Positions 28,684 to 40,423 are shown, counted from the stretch's first letter. The stretch: DNA of 64,000 bases from a bacterium (GCA_041946805.1 JBHGBC010000010.1:14763-78762), one strand, 5' to 3'. Notes: a model not told the origin generated them from the sequence alone. Program-made: numbers and translations.

Positions 28684-29349
28684 TCACCCGTTGGCGGGAG
28701 TGGCGGACCGCTTTGGATCCGCAACGCGGGTGACGATGTTCACCGCGTCCACCGCGGTCTGCCCGTAGAAATCGCAGCCGGTTTTATCCGCCAGCATTTG
28801 CGAGGCCGCCGCGCCGCCGACCATGATAGCCACCTGGTTCCGCACTCCGGCCTGGCGGAGCGCCTCCAAGGTGTTGGTGATCGACTTGTAACAGGTGGTG
28901 AGCAGCACGCTCATGCCCAGCACCTGGGGCTTGTGGGTCTGGATGGCTTCCACGAAGCGGCCGGGGGCCACGTCGATGCCCAGGTCGATCACCTCGTGGC
29001 CCGAGCCGCGCAGCATCATGGCCACGATGTCTTTGCCGATATTGTGGATGTCGTTCTGCACCGTGCCCAGCACCACCCGGACCGCGCCCTCCTTGGTCAC
29101 GGCCGCGCCTTGCAGGAGCGGTTCCAACTCCACCATAAGGCCTTCCATGATTTTCCCGGCGAGAAGCAGCTCGGGGATGAAGCATTCGCCCTCGTCGAAG
29201 CGCTTGCCCAGGCTGGCCATGCCGGCGTGGCATTGCGACAGGATCTGAGGCGCCGGCACGCCCTCGTCCACCAGGTTTTTGGCCAAACGCTTCGCTTCTT
29301 TCTCGTTCAAGGTGCACAGAGCCATCGCCAGATTGCCAAGCTCATTCAT
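28684..29349 (-). CDS. Corrinoid (B12-binding) protein of a methyltransferase system
   Basis: Cap domain FIPELL; DIHNIGK, DLGIDV, MSVLLT, VGG motifs. Confidence 0.93.
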   Translation of the reverse strand: MNELGNLAMALCTLNEKEAKRLAKNLVDEGVPAPQILSQCHAGMASLGKRFDEGECFIPELLLAGKIMEGLMVELEPLLQGAAVTKEGAVRVVLGTVQNDIHNIGKDIVAMMLRGSGHEVIDLGIDVAPGRFVEAIQTHKPQVLGMSVLLTTCYKSITNTLEALRQAGVRNQVAIMVGGAAASQMLADKTGCDFYGQTAVDAVNIVTRVADPKRSATPANG

Positions 29350-29361
29350 CAGCCGATCTCC

Positions 29362-29532
29362 TTAAAATTGAATCAGGCAAAACCAGATGTAGAGATACGC
29401 CAGGCTGTCCATATCTTCCCAGGCCTTTTGCACGATCTGTTCATCGCCCGATAGTTTTTCGTATTCATTCCGGCGGTCTTCCCAAGGAACGCAGACTCCC
29501 GGCTTCAAGGGTTGTTTTTCATCGACTTTCAT
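29362..29532 (-). CDS. Unannotated 56-aa protein in the corrinoid methyltransferase cluster
   Basis: Hand translation MKVDEKQPLKPGVCVPWEDRRNEYEKLSGDEQIVQKAWEDMDSLAYLYIWFCLIQF; strong RBS AGGAAGGAG; fills the gap between two co-oriented genes. Confidence 0.8.
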   Translation of the reverse strand: MKVDEKQPLKPGVCVPWEDRRNEYEKLSGDEQIVQKAWEDMDSLAYLYIWFCLIQF

Positions 29533-29569
29533 GGTTTTGCTCCTTCCTGTAATTCCCCCCGGACGTTTT

Positions 29570-30769
29570 TCAATACACGCCGTATTCCCGGGTGAAATCG
29601 GTCATCGCCCGCACGTTTTCGACCTGCGGCTCGTCCTGCATGATGGCTCCCGCGTCCATGATGTATCCCCCGTCCCGGGCCACGCCATCGATCACCTTCT
29701 TGCAGTAGTCCTTCACTTCGTCCGGCGTGCCGAGACACAGGAGTTCGTTGGGAATGCCGCCGCTCAGGCAGAATTTGCGCCCCAGTTGCTTGTGCGCCTC
29801 GAAGATGTCGCCCCGGTCCACATGAAAGATGATGGAGCGCTCGGGCAGGCCGGCCACGTACTTGAGGTGGGGATCCCAAACGCCTTCGGCGTAGAACAGC
29901 ACCTGGTGGCCGAGTTTCCAGATTTCCAGCACCATTTGCTTCAGGGTCGGCCAGTAGAATTGCTCGAATTGCTGCGGCGACAAGAAGGGAACGCAGCCGC
30001 GGTGCATCCAGAGCGCGATGGGGACATTCTTTTCCGGATCGGCCCCCGCCAGGGCGTTGAACATCATGTGCGGCATCAGCGCCTCGCAAGCGGCCATGAC
30101 CTTATCCGGCTGGCTGTACAGGTCCATGCACAGCGGAACGAATCCGCGCAGCTTGTCCGCAAGGATATCGAAGGGCGCCTTCAGGCAGCCGGATATCGCC
30201 GAAACCGTTCCCGATTCCCGCCGCAGCCGCGCGTTCTGCTCTCCGAACTTGTTGAAATACGACAACATGCCCATCCCGCCCTTGAGCCAGGAGAGATTGT
30301 TGCGGTACGTGTTCGGCTGGCCGGGGGCGCGCGCGTCGTTGTTGACCCGGGGCATCCACACGTTGGCCAGGAAGCCCGTGGGGTCCTCGATCAAGAGATC
30401 GTATTCATCTGCCTTCATGTGGGCGTTTTGTTCGTCCTTGGGCTCCACGTATTGGAAGCCGCTGTCGGGCGGGCCATCGATCCCGGGTTTGATGTAATAA
30501 TTCAATCCTACGGCGTCCACCAGCCCGGTCCAGACATAGACCATATTGCCGACCGTGGCGTCCCAGTCGAAATCGGCCGCGCATTTACGCACCGCCGCGA
30601 ACGCCAGGTCCATGTCATGGGTGACTTGCTGGCAAGTGTAGCCCGCGTACTTGCCGGCAAATTCCGCCGCGAAGGGGCGGATGGGAACCCGGTCCGGTTT
30701 CTCGTTGCGCATGGCGGTGACATACCGCTTCAGCCGCTCTTGGTACAGTTGTTCCATTTTGTCCGACAT
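29570..30769 (-). CDS. UroD/MtaA-CmuA family methyltransferase (O-demethylase-like)
   Basis: KPDRVP, APFDILADKLRG, HRGCVPFLS, FYWPTLK, LSGGIP, GGYIM; adjacent to the corrinoid protein. Confidence 0.88.
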   Translation of the reverse strand: MSDKMEQLYQERLKRYVTAMRNEKPDRVPIRPFAAEFAGKYAGYTCQQVTHDMDLAFAAVRKCAADFDWDATVGNMVYVWTGLVDAVGLNYYIKPGIDGPPDSGFQYVEPKDEQNAHMKADEYDLLIEDPTGFLANVWMPRVNNDARAPGQPNTYRNNLSWLKGGMGMLSYFNKFGEQNARLRRESGTVSAISGCLKAPFDILADKLRGFVPLCMDLYSQPDKVMAACEALMPHMMFNALAGADPEKNVPIALWMHRGCVPFLSPQQFEQFYWPTLKQMVLEIWKLGHQVLFYAEGVWDPHLKYVAGLPERSIIFHVDRGDIFEAHKQLGRKFCLSGGIPNELLCLGTPDEVKDYCKKVIDGVARDGGYIMDAGAIMQDEPQVENVRAMTDFTREYGVY

Positions 30770-30985
30770 CTGTGCTGCCCCCCGATCGTGCCATCTACTC
30801 GAATGGATGAGTTCACCTTACCACATCCCTGCCGGTATTTTGAGTTGCACGGCATGGATTGGGGATGATTTTGTTGGAATAGGGGGAAAGGGAATCCAAG
30901 ATGGGGTGCGATGATCAACGGCATGAGTGAAAGACGGAGCACAGGACAATGCCCCCCTGCTTTATGATCGTGTTTTTTTGGGGAT

Positions 30986-31119
30986 TCATCCGGTAAGTGC
31001 TTACCTGAAGAAACCGGCCTCCCCTACCTTCCGGGGTGGAATATGACCAGGGATTGCAGGCTGGAAGCGTGCTCGACAAAAATCCCTCATCCGGTCCCTC
31101 TCCCAGGGGGTAGAGGGAA
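30986..31119. mobile_element. Partial MITE-like element (shared TIR plus REP)
   Basis: TCATCCGGTAAGTGCTTACC at 30986 and a REP palindrome at about 31084-31119. Confidence 0.55.
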
Positions 31120-31256
31120 TCGCAAAAGGAATCGGAGTGATGGGTTACGCGCGGCGCGCCAAACCATTCTCCATAGCATCAACATGCATATTTACTTGAT
31201 ATTATAAATATACATCATTCATATTTAAAAAATAGATGAAATCGGTACGAGCCATT

Positions 31257-34022
31257 TCATCTCCCTGGGGCATCCAATTGCTTGCGTATCTTTTCCGCCA
31301 TCTCGTAGATCGACTGGCGGACCTCGTCCGCGCGGGGGCTGCGCAGGAAGAACGCCCGCAGTTCGGCCTCGCGGATATGGACCGCCGATTTCCGCACCAA
31401 GGCGGGATCCTGATCCAGCATGGCCAACGCAAATTCGGCGCGGGCTAATGTATCCAAATAGGCGAAATTGCGCCCATCCTTGCTGACCGCGAAAGAAGCC
31501 CTGCCGATCGCTTCCCGAAAGAGCCGGCGTTTTGTTTCCGGTTCGGGAATCAACTCCGCGGAAAGAATATTCTGCATGGCCGCGATGTTGGAGAAATAGT
31601 CCTTGAATTCCACTTCCCGGTTCAATCCGGCGGCCTGGTCCAGATAGGTCTGGCTTTGATGCAGTAATTCTTGCATGATTTCCGGATCGCGTTCCCGCAA
31701 GGCGGTGTAGATCAAATAATCGGCGCAAACCACGCTGAGCAGCCAATCACGGGCCGCGGCTTTCTTGATCCCATCGGGGATCTCCTGGATGGCGCGTTGC
31801 TGCAAGGCCCGTTCCAGCGCGAACAACACCCGCTGATCGCGATTGCCCCGGTCGATGGGATCGGACGCCGCCGCGTCTTCCTCGATGAAAGTTTTGCGGG
31901 CCAGGAGGGCGGATTGAATCGCGTGGGGTTCAAACCGGACGGTTTCCTCCAGCAGATAGTAACAGAAAACCAGCAGAACCGCGCCGCCCATCAAGGGAAT
32001 CAACTTGCGCCAGGAGAGATAGGTGTTTTTGGTGCTCTTCTGCAAAGCCCGCCAGGAGGTTTCCTTGAGGATTTTGATGATGGTCAGCGCGTACGCGACG
32101 ATAGTGAGCAACACGAACGAGATCCAGCCGATCGTCCGGACCTGGTTGGTTTGGAAGCCGTGGAAAGCCTGGTACAGATGGCTTCCTCCCAGGACCGCGT
32201 ACAAGATAAACACGAAATAAAAGGTCCGGTACGAGTGCAGTGTCTCTTTCCGGCGCAGGCTGAAAAGCGTCGCCAGCAAGAGGGAAAAGCAGACCATGCT
32301 TCCCAACAGGCCCGCGAATCCGTACCAAAACCAGGCGATGGGAATGCGCGCGAGGGAAGCGAACGAGGTGAGCTGCGCCGTCAACAGGTCGAGCCGGGAA
32401 AAGGAATAGAAGAACAGGGTGCCGAACGCGGCCCCGGACAAGACGGCGACCGGGACGGCATGGAGTACGTAGCGGATCAGTTTCGGAAACGGCACGGGAC
32501 CGGTCAGGAGCGTTAAAAACTGGTGGTTCCGGTACGTTAAAAAGGCCACGAAAATCGCCGCCGCCAGAAATGAAAGCGGGCCGACCAGAAATATGCGGAT
32601 GATTTCGCTGGCGATCTCCTGGTAAGTCAAATGCCTTGACAGCACCGGTTCGGGAAACACGAAAACCAGGTTTCCCAAGCCCATGAGGATCCCGAACAAT
32701 ACCGCGAATTGGAAACCGATGGAAAGATGGTCCGTGTATTCCCCGGGGTTCATCCATTGGGCAAAATGGGAATAGACCTTCTGAGTGAACCGTTCGACCA
32801 ATCCCCGGCCGCGAACCGTAAACGAAATATCCACGGGGACATACGCCCGCAGGCTGCCCCACGCGGTCTTGGCGTCGTCCCGGAGATCGCGCAGCCGCCG
32901 CCGGGCCGATCCGATGGCGGTCACCACGTTCGGGTTCAATTGAGGATTCTGCACGGATTGCTCGAGACAAAGCGATTTGTAAAAACACTCCGCGGCCAGC
33001 AGCGGCTTGTCATCGTCATGGATTTCCGCGTTATAGCCGATCACGCACATCCCCAGATCGTGCAATCCCGAGGCGATCCCGGCGGAATGCCGCCCGCGGC
33101 TGGACGAGGCGCAGGCGTTCAGGAACATCACCGCGGGCAGGGCCGGGTGGGGTGGCGAGTCCCGCGTTTCCATGAACAATTCCCGCAGCTGTTCGGCCGA
33201 GACATAATCGATTCGGTCCGACTCGCCGCTTTCGAAACACAGGCATGGCTCGTCGTTGTAAATGACTCCATGCCCGATGAAGTGAAGCATGGGAAAACGC
33301 TTGGCATATCCCCCCCGCAACAAGGTTTTCAACTCCGGGATGGTGGTGACTCCACCCGGTTGCTTCTTGGACTGAAGTGGACCGATGCGGATCAGACCCT
33401 GCGTTTGTTTTTCCAGGGAGCGCAGCGCCCGGGCCTCCTCCATGCCGTGGTGCAGCGCCTCCAATCCTAATTTCTGAAGGCGCGCGGGGGATGCGAACAC
33501 GAAAGGCGTGATCAGGAGAATGCCCCAGCAGGAGACATCGATCCGTTTGGCGGGCTGAGGAAACGCTTCCAGCGAATGCGCCCGGATGATCTGTATCGAA
33601 TAACGCCAGGCAATGTATTCCTCGCCGTCGTGAAGCAGCTCCCAGGGAAGATCCTCCAGGGTCAGGCACAGTTCCTTGTTCTCCGGCGACGGTGTGGGGA
33701 AATGCAGGTAGAGGATGCGTTCGGAGGTTTCCGCGCCGGGATGGGCAAAGGCCCGGATGAGGGAGGATTGCGCTTCTTTCCCCAGGATTTCATACAACTG
33801 GCGCCCGGTTTCCTGGCGGCTGGAGATCAGGTCGGGCGAGAGGCGGACGAAGGCCGTCTCCCCCGTTTCCACGTGCAGGGGCAAGCCGCCTGCGCCATCA
33901 AAACGGCGGGCCGGCCAAGGTAAGCGCAATTCGATATGCCGGCCGATTTGAAAGTAGAAATCGGTGACGATCTCTCCGTTCTCCTGGCGCGGTTCACCGA
34001 AACTCCACCACAGTCCGCCCAC
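31257..34022 (-). CDS. CHAT-domain protease fused to about 7 TM helices and a TPR-like C-terminus
   Basis: LEDLPWELL, LHFIGHG, FLNACAS; seven hydrophobic segments; AYLDTLA TPR-like motif; GTG start uncertain. Confidence 0.85.
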   Translation of the reverse strand: MGGLWWSFGEPRQENGEIVTDFYFQIGRHIELRLPWPARRFDGAGGLPLHVETGETAFVRLSPDLISSRQETGRQLYEILGKEAQSSLIRAFAHPGAETSERILYLHFPTPSPENKELCLTLEDLPWELLHDGEEYIAWRYSIQIIRAHSLEAFPQPAKRIDVSCWGILLITPFVFASPARLQKLGLEALHHGMEEARALRSLEKQTQGLIRIGPLQSKKQPGGVTTIPELKTLLRGGYAKRFPMLHFIGHGVIYNDEPCLCFESGESDRIDYVSAEQLRELFMETRDSPPHPALPAVMFLNACASSSRGRHSAGIASGLHDLGMCVIGYNAEIHDDDKPLLAAECFYKSLCLEQSVQNPQLNPNVVTAIGSARRRLRDLRDDAKTAWGSLRAYVPVDISFTVRGRGLVERFTQKVYSHFAQWMNPGEYTDHLSIGFQFAVLFGILMGLGNLVFVFPEPVLSRHLTYQEIASEIIRIFLVGPLSFLAAAIFVAFLTYRNHQFLTLLTGPVPFPKLIRYVLHAVPVAVLSGAAFGTLFFYSFSRLDLLTAQLTSFASLARIPIAWFWYGFAGLLGSMVCFSLLLATLFSLRRKETLHSYRTFYFVFILYAVLGGSHLYQAFHGFQTNQVRTIGWISFVLLTIVAYALTIIKILKETSWRALQKSTKNTYLSWRKLIPLMGGAVLLVFCYYLLEETVRFEPHAIQSALLARKTFIEEDAAASDPIDRGNRDQRVLFALERALQQRAIQEIPDGIKKAAARDWLLSVVCADYLIYTALRERDPEIMQELLHQSQTYLDQAAGLNREVEFKDYFSNIAAMQNILSAELIPEPETKRRLFREAIGRASFAVSKDGRNFAYLDTLARAEFALAMLDQDPALVRKSAVHIREAELRAFFLRSPRADEVRQSIYEMAEKIRKQLDAPGR

Positions 34023-34061
34023 CGCCGTCTCTTTTCATGGGAATCGATCGGAAAAACAGGC

Positions 34062-34822
34062 TCATTTTACTTGACCGGCGGAGGGAGTATAGTGGATAGA
34101 AAAAGGGCGTCTTCCAACGGGATTGATTTCCGCCGAAGGCCGTTGATTCCGAAATTCCGGACGGTAAACCCCATACCAATACGCCATGCGGATCAGCGTG
34201 TTTTGTATTCCAAGCCACTGTTTCCGCCAGACCATGGCTCCATCCGACACGGACAAGACCAGTTCCACATCTCCCTCCGGAAACGTGTCGTCATGGAGCA
34301 TTTTTTTCAAGCGGGACGAATAATATCCGGAAAACTGAAGGTACGAACGGCAATGGTTTTTCCGCATCCAATCCCGCAGCATCCGTTGACGGTCCGCCAT
34401 GCCGGACGGTTCATGGGGAAAACTGGATATCAATTGTTCCGGAATCCCGGCGGATAATAAATCCTGCTTGATCAAATAATACAGCGAGGCGGGGTAATCC
34501 GGGTCCCGGTATTTCCGGGGAGGCCCCTCGGTGATGAGAACGCGGTCCACGTAACCCTCCTTCACCAGATCGGCCGCCCGTGTCAATTCACCGCCCAGGC
34601 CGCCCACCAGCACGGCCTCGGCGGGACGCCAGGAGGTTTCGTACACCAGAATCTGACGCAGAAGCCAATCCCACGGAAACAGGATCAAAACCAAAACCGG
34701 CAGGGCGAAACAAAGCAGAAATCGCCGCAACCGTTTGTATCGCGGATGGGATGGCGGAGGCGTTTCCACACCCGGGCCGGATGTCATGGGAAGACTGTCG
34801 CGCGCTGAGAAATCCCGTCGGC

Positions 34823-34826
<4 letters not shown>
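34062..34826 (-). CDS. Membrane-anchored YdcF/DUF218-like protein
   Basis: TM helix then AEAVLVGGLGG...RAADLVKEGYVDRVLIT; ATG overlaps the upstream stop. Confidence 0.6.
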
Positions 34827-35778
<952 letters not shown>

Positions 35779-35782
<4 letters not shown>

Positions 35783-37293
35783 GAGATCAGAATCTCTTCC
35801 TGACTAAATGGTTTATCCTGGGACCGGGAATCCGGTTGAGGATGTTTCAGCGCGCAGAGGATGGCGGTGCCCGCTTGGGGATGGGAGCGGATGCTCAGTT
35901 TGGCGCCGATCATCCCCGCCCGGTAGTTCATGATCCGCAATCCCAGCCCTCCGGAACGCTCAAAATTTTCCGGCAGGCCGACACCATCATCCTCAATGGA
36001 CAGAATCAAGGAATCCGGCGTGTTATTCAAGCGGATCGTGATTTGTTTCGCCTGGCTGTATTTGACCGCGTTGTTCACCGCTTCTTGCGCGATCCGGTAG
36101 AGATTGACGGATATGGCGCTCTCATGGTTGACCTCAGGCATCAAGCATTGAAAATGGCAGGGAAGGCCATGAATGCGTTGGGTTTGATCCGCCAGTTCCT
36201 CCAGCGCGCCGATCAATCCGCTGTCCTCCAGCTTGACCGGCATCAATCCCTGGGACAAGCCGTGGGTTTGGGAAATGGCCTGCTTGACCAGGTTCGCGAT
36301 TTCCTCGACGTCCGGCTGCCCTTCGGTATAATGATTTCCCAATTTCCGGGATAATCCTTGCAGCAGGCAGGAAATCCCCGTCAACACCTGGCCCAGGCCG
36401 TCGTGCAGGTCCCGGCCGATCCGGTTCTGCTCCCGGTGGCTGATCCGCAAGATTTCCCGCTCCAACCGTTTTCGCTCGGTTTCATCCCGGAATATGGCCA
36501 ATACTTCGTTTTCCGTCAGAATCACGATCCGGACCTCATAATGATAGACCGAATCCTGGAAGGAACACTGGAACTCGAACAACTGAGGTTGTTTGTCGGT
36601 TAACGCCTTGTGAACATGCGCCTGCAAATGCTGCAGGATGTCTTCCGGCAGCCGGTCCCAAAGGGACCGGTGCAACTGCGGCTGGTCGAACAGGGAATCG
36701 CTGAAGTCCTTGATTCGCATGAACTCCATCCCTTTCCCGTTCAGTTGAATGCGCACGATGCCGTCGGGGATGGCGTTCAACACCGCCCGGAGGCGCATTT
36801 CGCTTTTCTGCAGAGCCTGTTCGGTTTGGTTGCGTAACGCGATATCCGATTCCAATTCTTGATTCAGGCGTTGGAGTTCCGAGGTCCGTTGGACGACCCG
36901 CGATTCCAGTTCCTCGTTCACCTGCCGCAGTTCTTCCGCCGTGCTCCGCTGTTTCGACACCGCCTTGTGCACGAGCTCGCAGAGAATCAGCAGCGTGGTG
37001 GTCACAATCAACATGATGAGGATAGACTCGGTCCAGGTGGTGACGATGCAGTAGAGGATCACCCCGACCGCCAGCAACGTGTAGGCGATGATGGAAAGAT
37101 AAAACCAGCGGGGATAGGAGAACGCGGCGTACAGGATCGGCCCGATCAGGAGCGGCAGGAGGTCCGCCAACGTATGCGCCAGCGGCCGGTTCCAATTGGT
37201 ATCGCACCACACGATGAATCCCCCCATCACCGCGAGAGTGATGGAATACACCAGGGAGAACGTCAGGACCGAGAACCGGGGCTGGGTATTCAT
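35779..37293 (-). CDS. Membrane PAS sensor histidine kinase (HisKA_3/NarX type)
   Basis: N-terminal TM helices, PAS, EQNRIGRDLHDGLGQ, QEAVNNAVK, DDGVG, GLGL. Confidence 0.92.
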
Positions 37294-37548
37294 GATTATG
37301 GGCCGCCGTGCCTCCAAGGAGTGATTTCATCCAAGGCACACTATATATTTATAATCCCTTCCTCCATTTTCTCCTAGGGGATAGTAAATTTCTGCAATAG
37401 GGCTGGGATAACGGGTCCGGTGACGGAATTTATCCCGGTGGGGCCGCTGTCCGGCCGCCCGATGCAAGGACCCTATCCATGGACCATTGAATCATTTTCC
37501 GTTCTCCCGTACAGTTTGAGCATCCTGGCCGGGGCAGAAAGTATCCAC

Positions 37549-38874
37549 ATGAACGAATCCAAAATCTCGAATGCCAAGGCGGTGTGGGGGTGGTGCCTGT
37601 ACGATTTCGCCAACTCGCCGTTCACCACCGTGGTGGTAACCTTCGTGTTCGCCAGCTATTTCGCGCGGGTGGTGGTGGGCGACGAAATCCAAGGCTCCGT
37701 GATCTGGTCCCGGGGCATCACCGTCTGCGCGGTGGTGATCGCCCTGCTTTCGCCCATCATGGGCGCCATCGCCGACCGGGGCGGATACCGCAAGCTGTTT
37801 TTATTCGCGATGACCCTGCTGTGCGTCATCGGATCGGTCCAGTTGTATTGGATTATGCCGGGCCAGATCATCAAGGGCCTCGTTTGGTTCATCCTCGCCA
37901 ACATCGCCTACGAAATGGGCTGCGTGTTTTACAACGCCTTTCTCCCCGACATCGCCGGACCGGAGCGGATCGGCCGGATCAGCGGCTACGGCTGGGCGAT
38001 GGGGTATGTCGGCGGACTGCTTTCGCTGGTTTTGGCTTTGTTCGCCCTGGTGCAGCCGGAAACGCCGTGGTTCGGTTTCAGCAAGGAGAATTACGAGAAC
38101 CTCCGCGCCACCAACCTCATGGTCGCCCTGTGGTTCGCCGTGTTTTGTATTCCCACACTGCTGTGGGTGCGGGAGGACCGGTCCCGGATCCAAGCGGGTT
38201 CGGGGAACATCATCCGGGCGAGCTTTTCCCAATTGGTGACGACGTTTTACAAGATCCGCCGCTACCGGCAGATCGTCCGGCTGCTGACCGCCAAGATGAT
38301 TTACAACGACGGGCTGATCACCGTCTTCTATTTCAGCGGCATATACGCCCAGGGCACTTTCGGCTTCACCAACGAAGAACTGATCATCCTGGGGATCGGA
38401 TTGAACGTCGCCGCGGGGGCGGGCGCTTTTTTGATGGGCTTCCTGGACGACTACTTGGGCGGCCGCAAGACCATCGCAATCAGCTTGATCGGGCTGAGCT
38501 GCGCCACCCTGACTGCGTCCGCCGCGCCCGGAAAAGCCTGGATCTGGGTGGCGGGCATCCTGGCGGGGATCTTCTCCGGCCCGAATCAATCCGCCACCCG
38601 TTCCCTTATGGCGCGTTTCGTGCCGCCCAGCCAGGAAAACGAATTTTTTGGCTTTTTCGCGTTCTCGGGCAAGGCCACCTCGTTCCTGGGACCGCTGCTG
38701 TTCGGCTGGATGACGCTCTGGTTTCAGAGCCAGCGGGCGGGCGTGCTGCTCATTACCCTGTTTTTCATCGTGGGAGGGATGATCCTCTGGACCGTCAATG
38801 AGGAGGAAGGCATCCGGCTGGCCCGGTTGGACGAGAACGGGAATGGGAATGAAACTCATCCCATCTCAGGGTGA
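37549..38874 (+). CDS. MFS transporter (UMF1/Atg22-like)
   Basis: WCLYDFANS, FYNAFLP, GRISGYGWAMGYVGG, EFFGFF; about 12 TM. Confidence 0.92.
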   Translation: MNESKISNAKAVWGWCLYDFANSPFTTVVVTFVFASYFARVVVGDEIQGSVIWSRGITVCAVVIALLSPIMGAIADRGGYRKLFLFAMTLLCVIGSVQLYWIMPGQIIKGLVWFILANIAYEMGCVFYNAFLPDIAGPERIGRISGYGWAMGYVGGLLSLVLALFALVQPETPWFGFSKENYENLRATNLMVALWFAVFCIPTLLWVREDRSRIQAGSGNIIRASFSQLVTTFYKIRRYRQIVRLLTAKMIYNDGLITVFYFSGIYAQGTFGFTNEELIILGIGLNVAAGAGAFLMGFLDDYLGGRKTIAISLIGLSCATLTASAAPGKAWIWVAGILAGIFSGPNQSATRSLMARFVPPSQENEFFGFFAFSGKATSFLGPLLFGWMTLWFQSQRAGVLLITLFFIVGGMILWTVNEEEGIRLARLDENGNGNETHPISG

Positions 38875-39063
38875 TCAGAAGATAGGGGCGCATGGCGCCA
38901 AGTTCCCTGCCATTTTTCTTGACATGCATCATATGGGAATTGAACCTTGTTTTATGAGGAATTCAGAGTGTGAGGGTAAGCCCGGATCGAGCGTCGATAT
39001 TCCGTCGTCTCTTTGAAGATCAGGTCATGCCACTGCCATATTTCTTCTTGAGTCAATTTAAAA

Positions 39064-40422
39064 ATGGCTGTTTTCCCCGTTGGATCCACTCCCGCCGTTG
39101 ATACGCCTTATCGCGTTGCCCGGCGGCCTCCCGGATTAATCCGGCTGGTGACCGCCGGAATCGCCTTCCTATCCTTTGTGTTTTTCTACGCGCATCGTTC
39201 CCAGCATTACGCCGGGGATGGCGCGCTGCTGGACCGCCTGACCGGGGGCGGAAAATGGCTGGTTCAGAATGAATTGTTGTCTCAGGCCCTCCTGCAGCTG
39301 CTGTACCGGCTCGCGTCCCCCTGGAACCTGACGCCCCTCGAAATCATGAATCTGGCCTCCTGCCTGGGGGGAGCGTTATCGGTTTGGATTGTGCTGTCCT
39401 TCGCGCGTCAGTTTTATTCATTGCCCCGGGTGTATCCGTTGCTGCTGTTCTTTTCGTCCGGATTTCTGGTTTATGCCTGCGGACACACGGAGTATTACCC
39501 GCTGGTGTTGCCCGCGCTGCTGGGGTATGGCTATTTCGGGATCGCTTACTTGCGGGGCGCCACAACGCTTATCCCTGCCTGCCTGTTGTTCATCCTCGGG
39601 TGCGGTCTGCATTTCGTGACCTTGCTGGCGCTGCCTTCCTTGTTGCTATTGCCCTGGCTCACCCGCCGGGGACGGGATTATGGCTCGATAGGGACCTGGC
39701 TGCTGTTGCTGATACCCCTCTTCCTGATCCGCGGTTATCCCCAGATCCTGGGACATAAGGCCGCCGGACTATCCCCCGCCTGGAACGTGCTCCCCCTGTT
39801 TCCCCATCCCGGCATGTACCGGTTGTACGCCTTTTTCCAATGGAACCATTGGCTCGATTGGCTCTACGCGTGGACCATGCGTTCGTGGTACTTCGCGCCC
39901 CTGACGGCTTATTGCGCCGCACGAATGGGTATCCGCTCGCTGTGGTTTCCCGAGCGCCGGTTCCTGCTGGTCTACACCCTGGCTTTCACCGCCTGGACCA
40001 CCCTTTGGCATCCCGACTTGGGCATCGAAGCCGATTGGGATCTGTTCGCGCTGGCCGCCGCCCCCGGGCTTTTGCTGCTCATTTCCTATTGGCCCGTCTG
40101 GCGCAAAGACCGCTTTGCCAGGCTGATGTTGTTCCTGGCAGCCTTTGCTTCGATGGGAATCACTTACGAACGTGTGCTGCGGCAAGCCGATTTCCCCCAC
40201 GCCGGATATGGGGAAACCCACATACGCGCTGTCCATACAGACAGCGTTGTGTTTACCATGGACGGGCTGAACCGGCCACTGGATCAAACCCGCGTGCGCA
40301 AAGGGACCTACCGGTGCAAGTGGATCGATCCATCACGCCGGGCAGCCGAGGATTTCTGGCTGGTGGTCGCGGACGGGGAGACCACGACAATCCGAATGGA
40401 TAGCCAATCCCAAGGGGAGTGA
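39064..40422 (+). CDS. Polytopic membrane protein (possible GT-C-like)
   Basis: Many TM helices; loop motifs GDG, EYYP, DWDL; function inferred only. Confidence 0.7.
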   Translation: MAVFPVGSTPAVDTPYRVARRPPGLIRLVTAGIAFLSFVFFYAHRSQHYAGDGALLDRLTGGGKWLVQNELLSQALLQLLYRLASPWNLTPLEIMNLASCLGGALSVWIVLSFARQFYSLPRVYPLLLFFSSGFLVYACGHTEYYPLVLPALLGYGYFGIAYLRGATTLIPACLLFILGCGLHFVTLLALPSLLLLPWLTRRGRDYGSIGTWLLLLIPLFLIRGYPQILGHKAAGLSPAWNVLPLFPHPGMYRLYAFFQWNHWLDWLYAWTMRSWYFAPLTAYCAARMGIRSLWFPERRFLLVYTLAFTAWTTLWHPDLGIEADWDLFALAAAPGLLLLISYWPVWRKDRFARLMLFLAAFASMGITYERVLRQADFPHAGYGETHIRAVHTDSVVFTMDGLNRPLDQTRVRKGTYRCKWIDPSRRAAEDFWLVVADGETTTIRMDSQSQGE

Positions 40423-40423
40423 A

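Noticed and set aside
30770..31250. Possible cobalamin riboswitch upstream of the corrinoid cluster
   Set aside because: No B12-box or conserved core recognisable by eye; part of the region is a MITE remnant. An Infernal search would settle it
33994..34038. Possible frameshifted start of the CHAT gene (MKRDGGGRTVVEFR*)
   Set aside because: An in-frame GTG exists at 34022 and I saw no slippery site or other evidence of a frameshift
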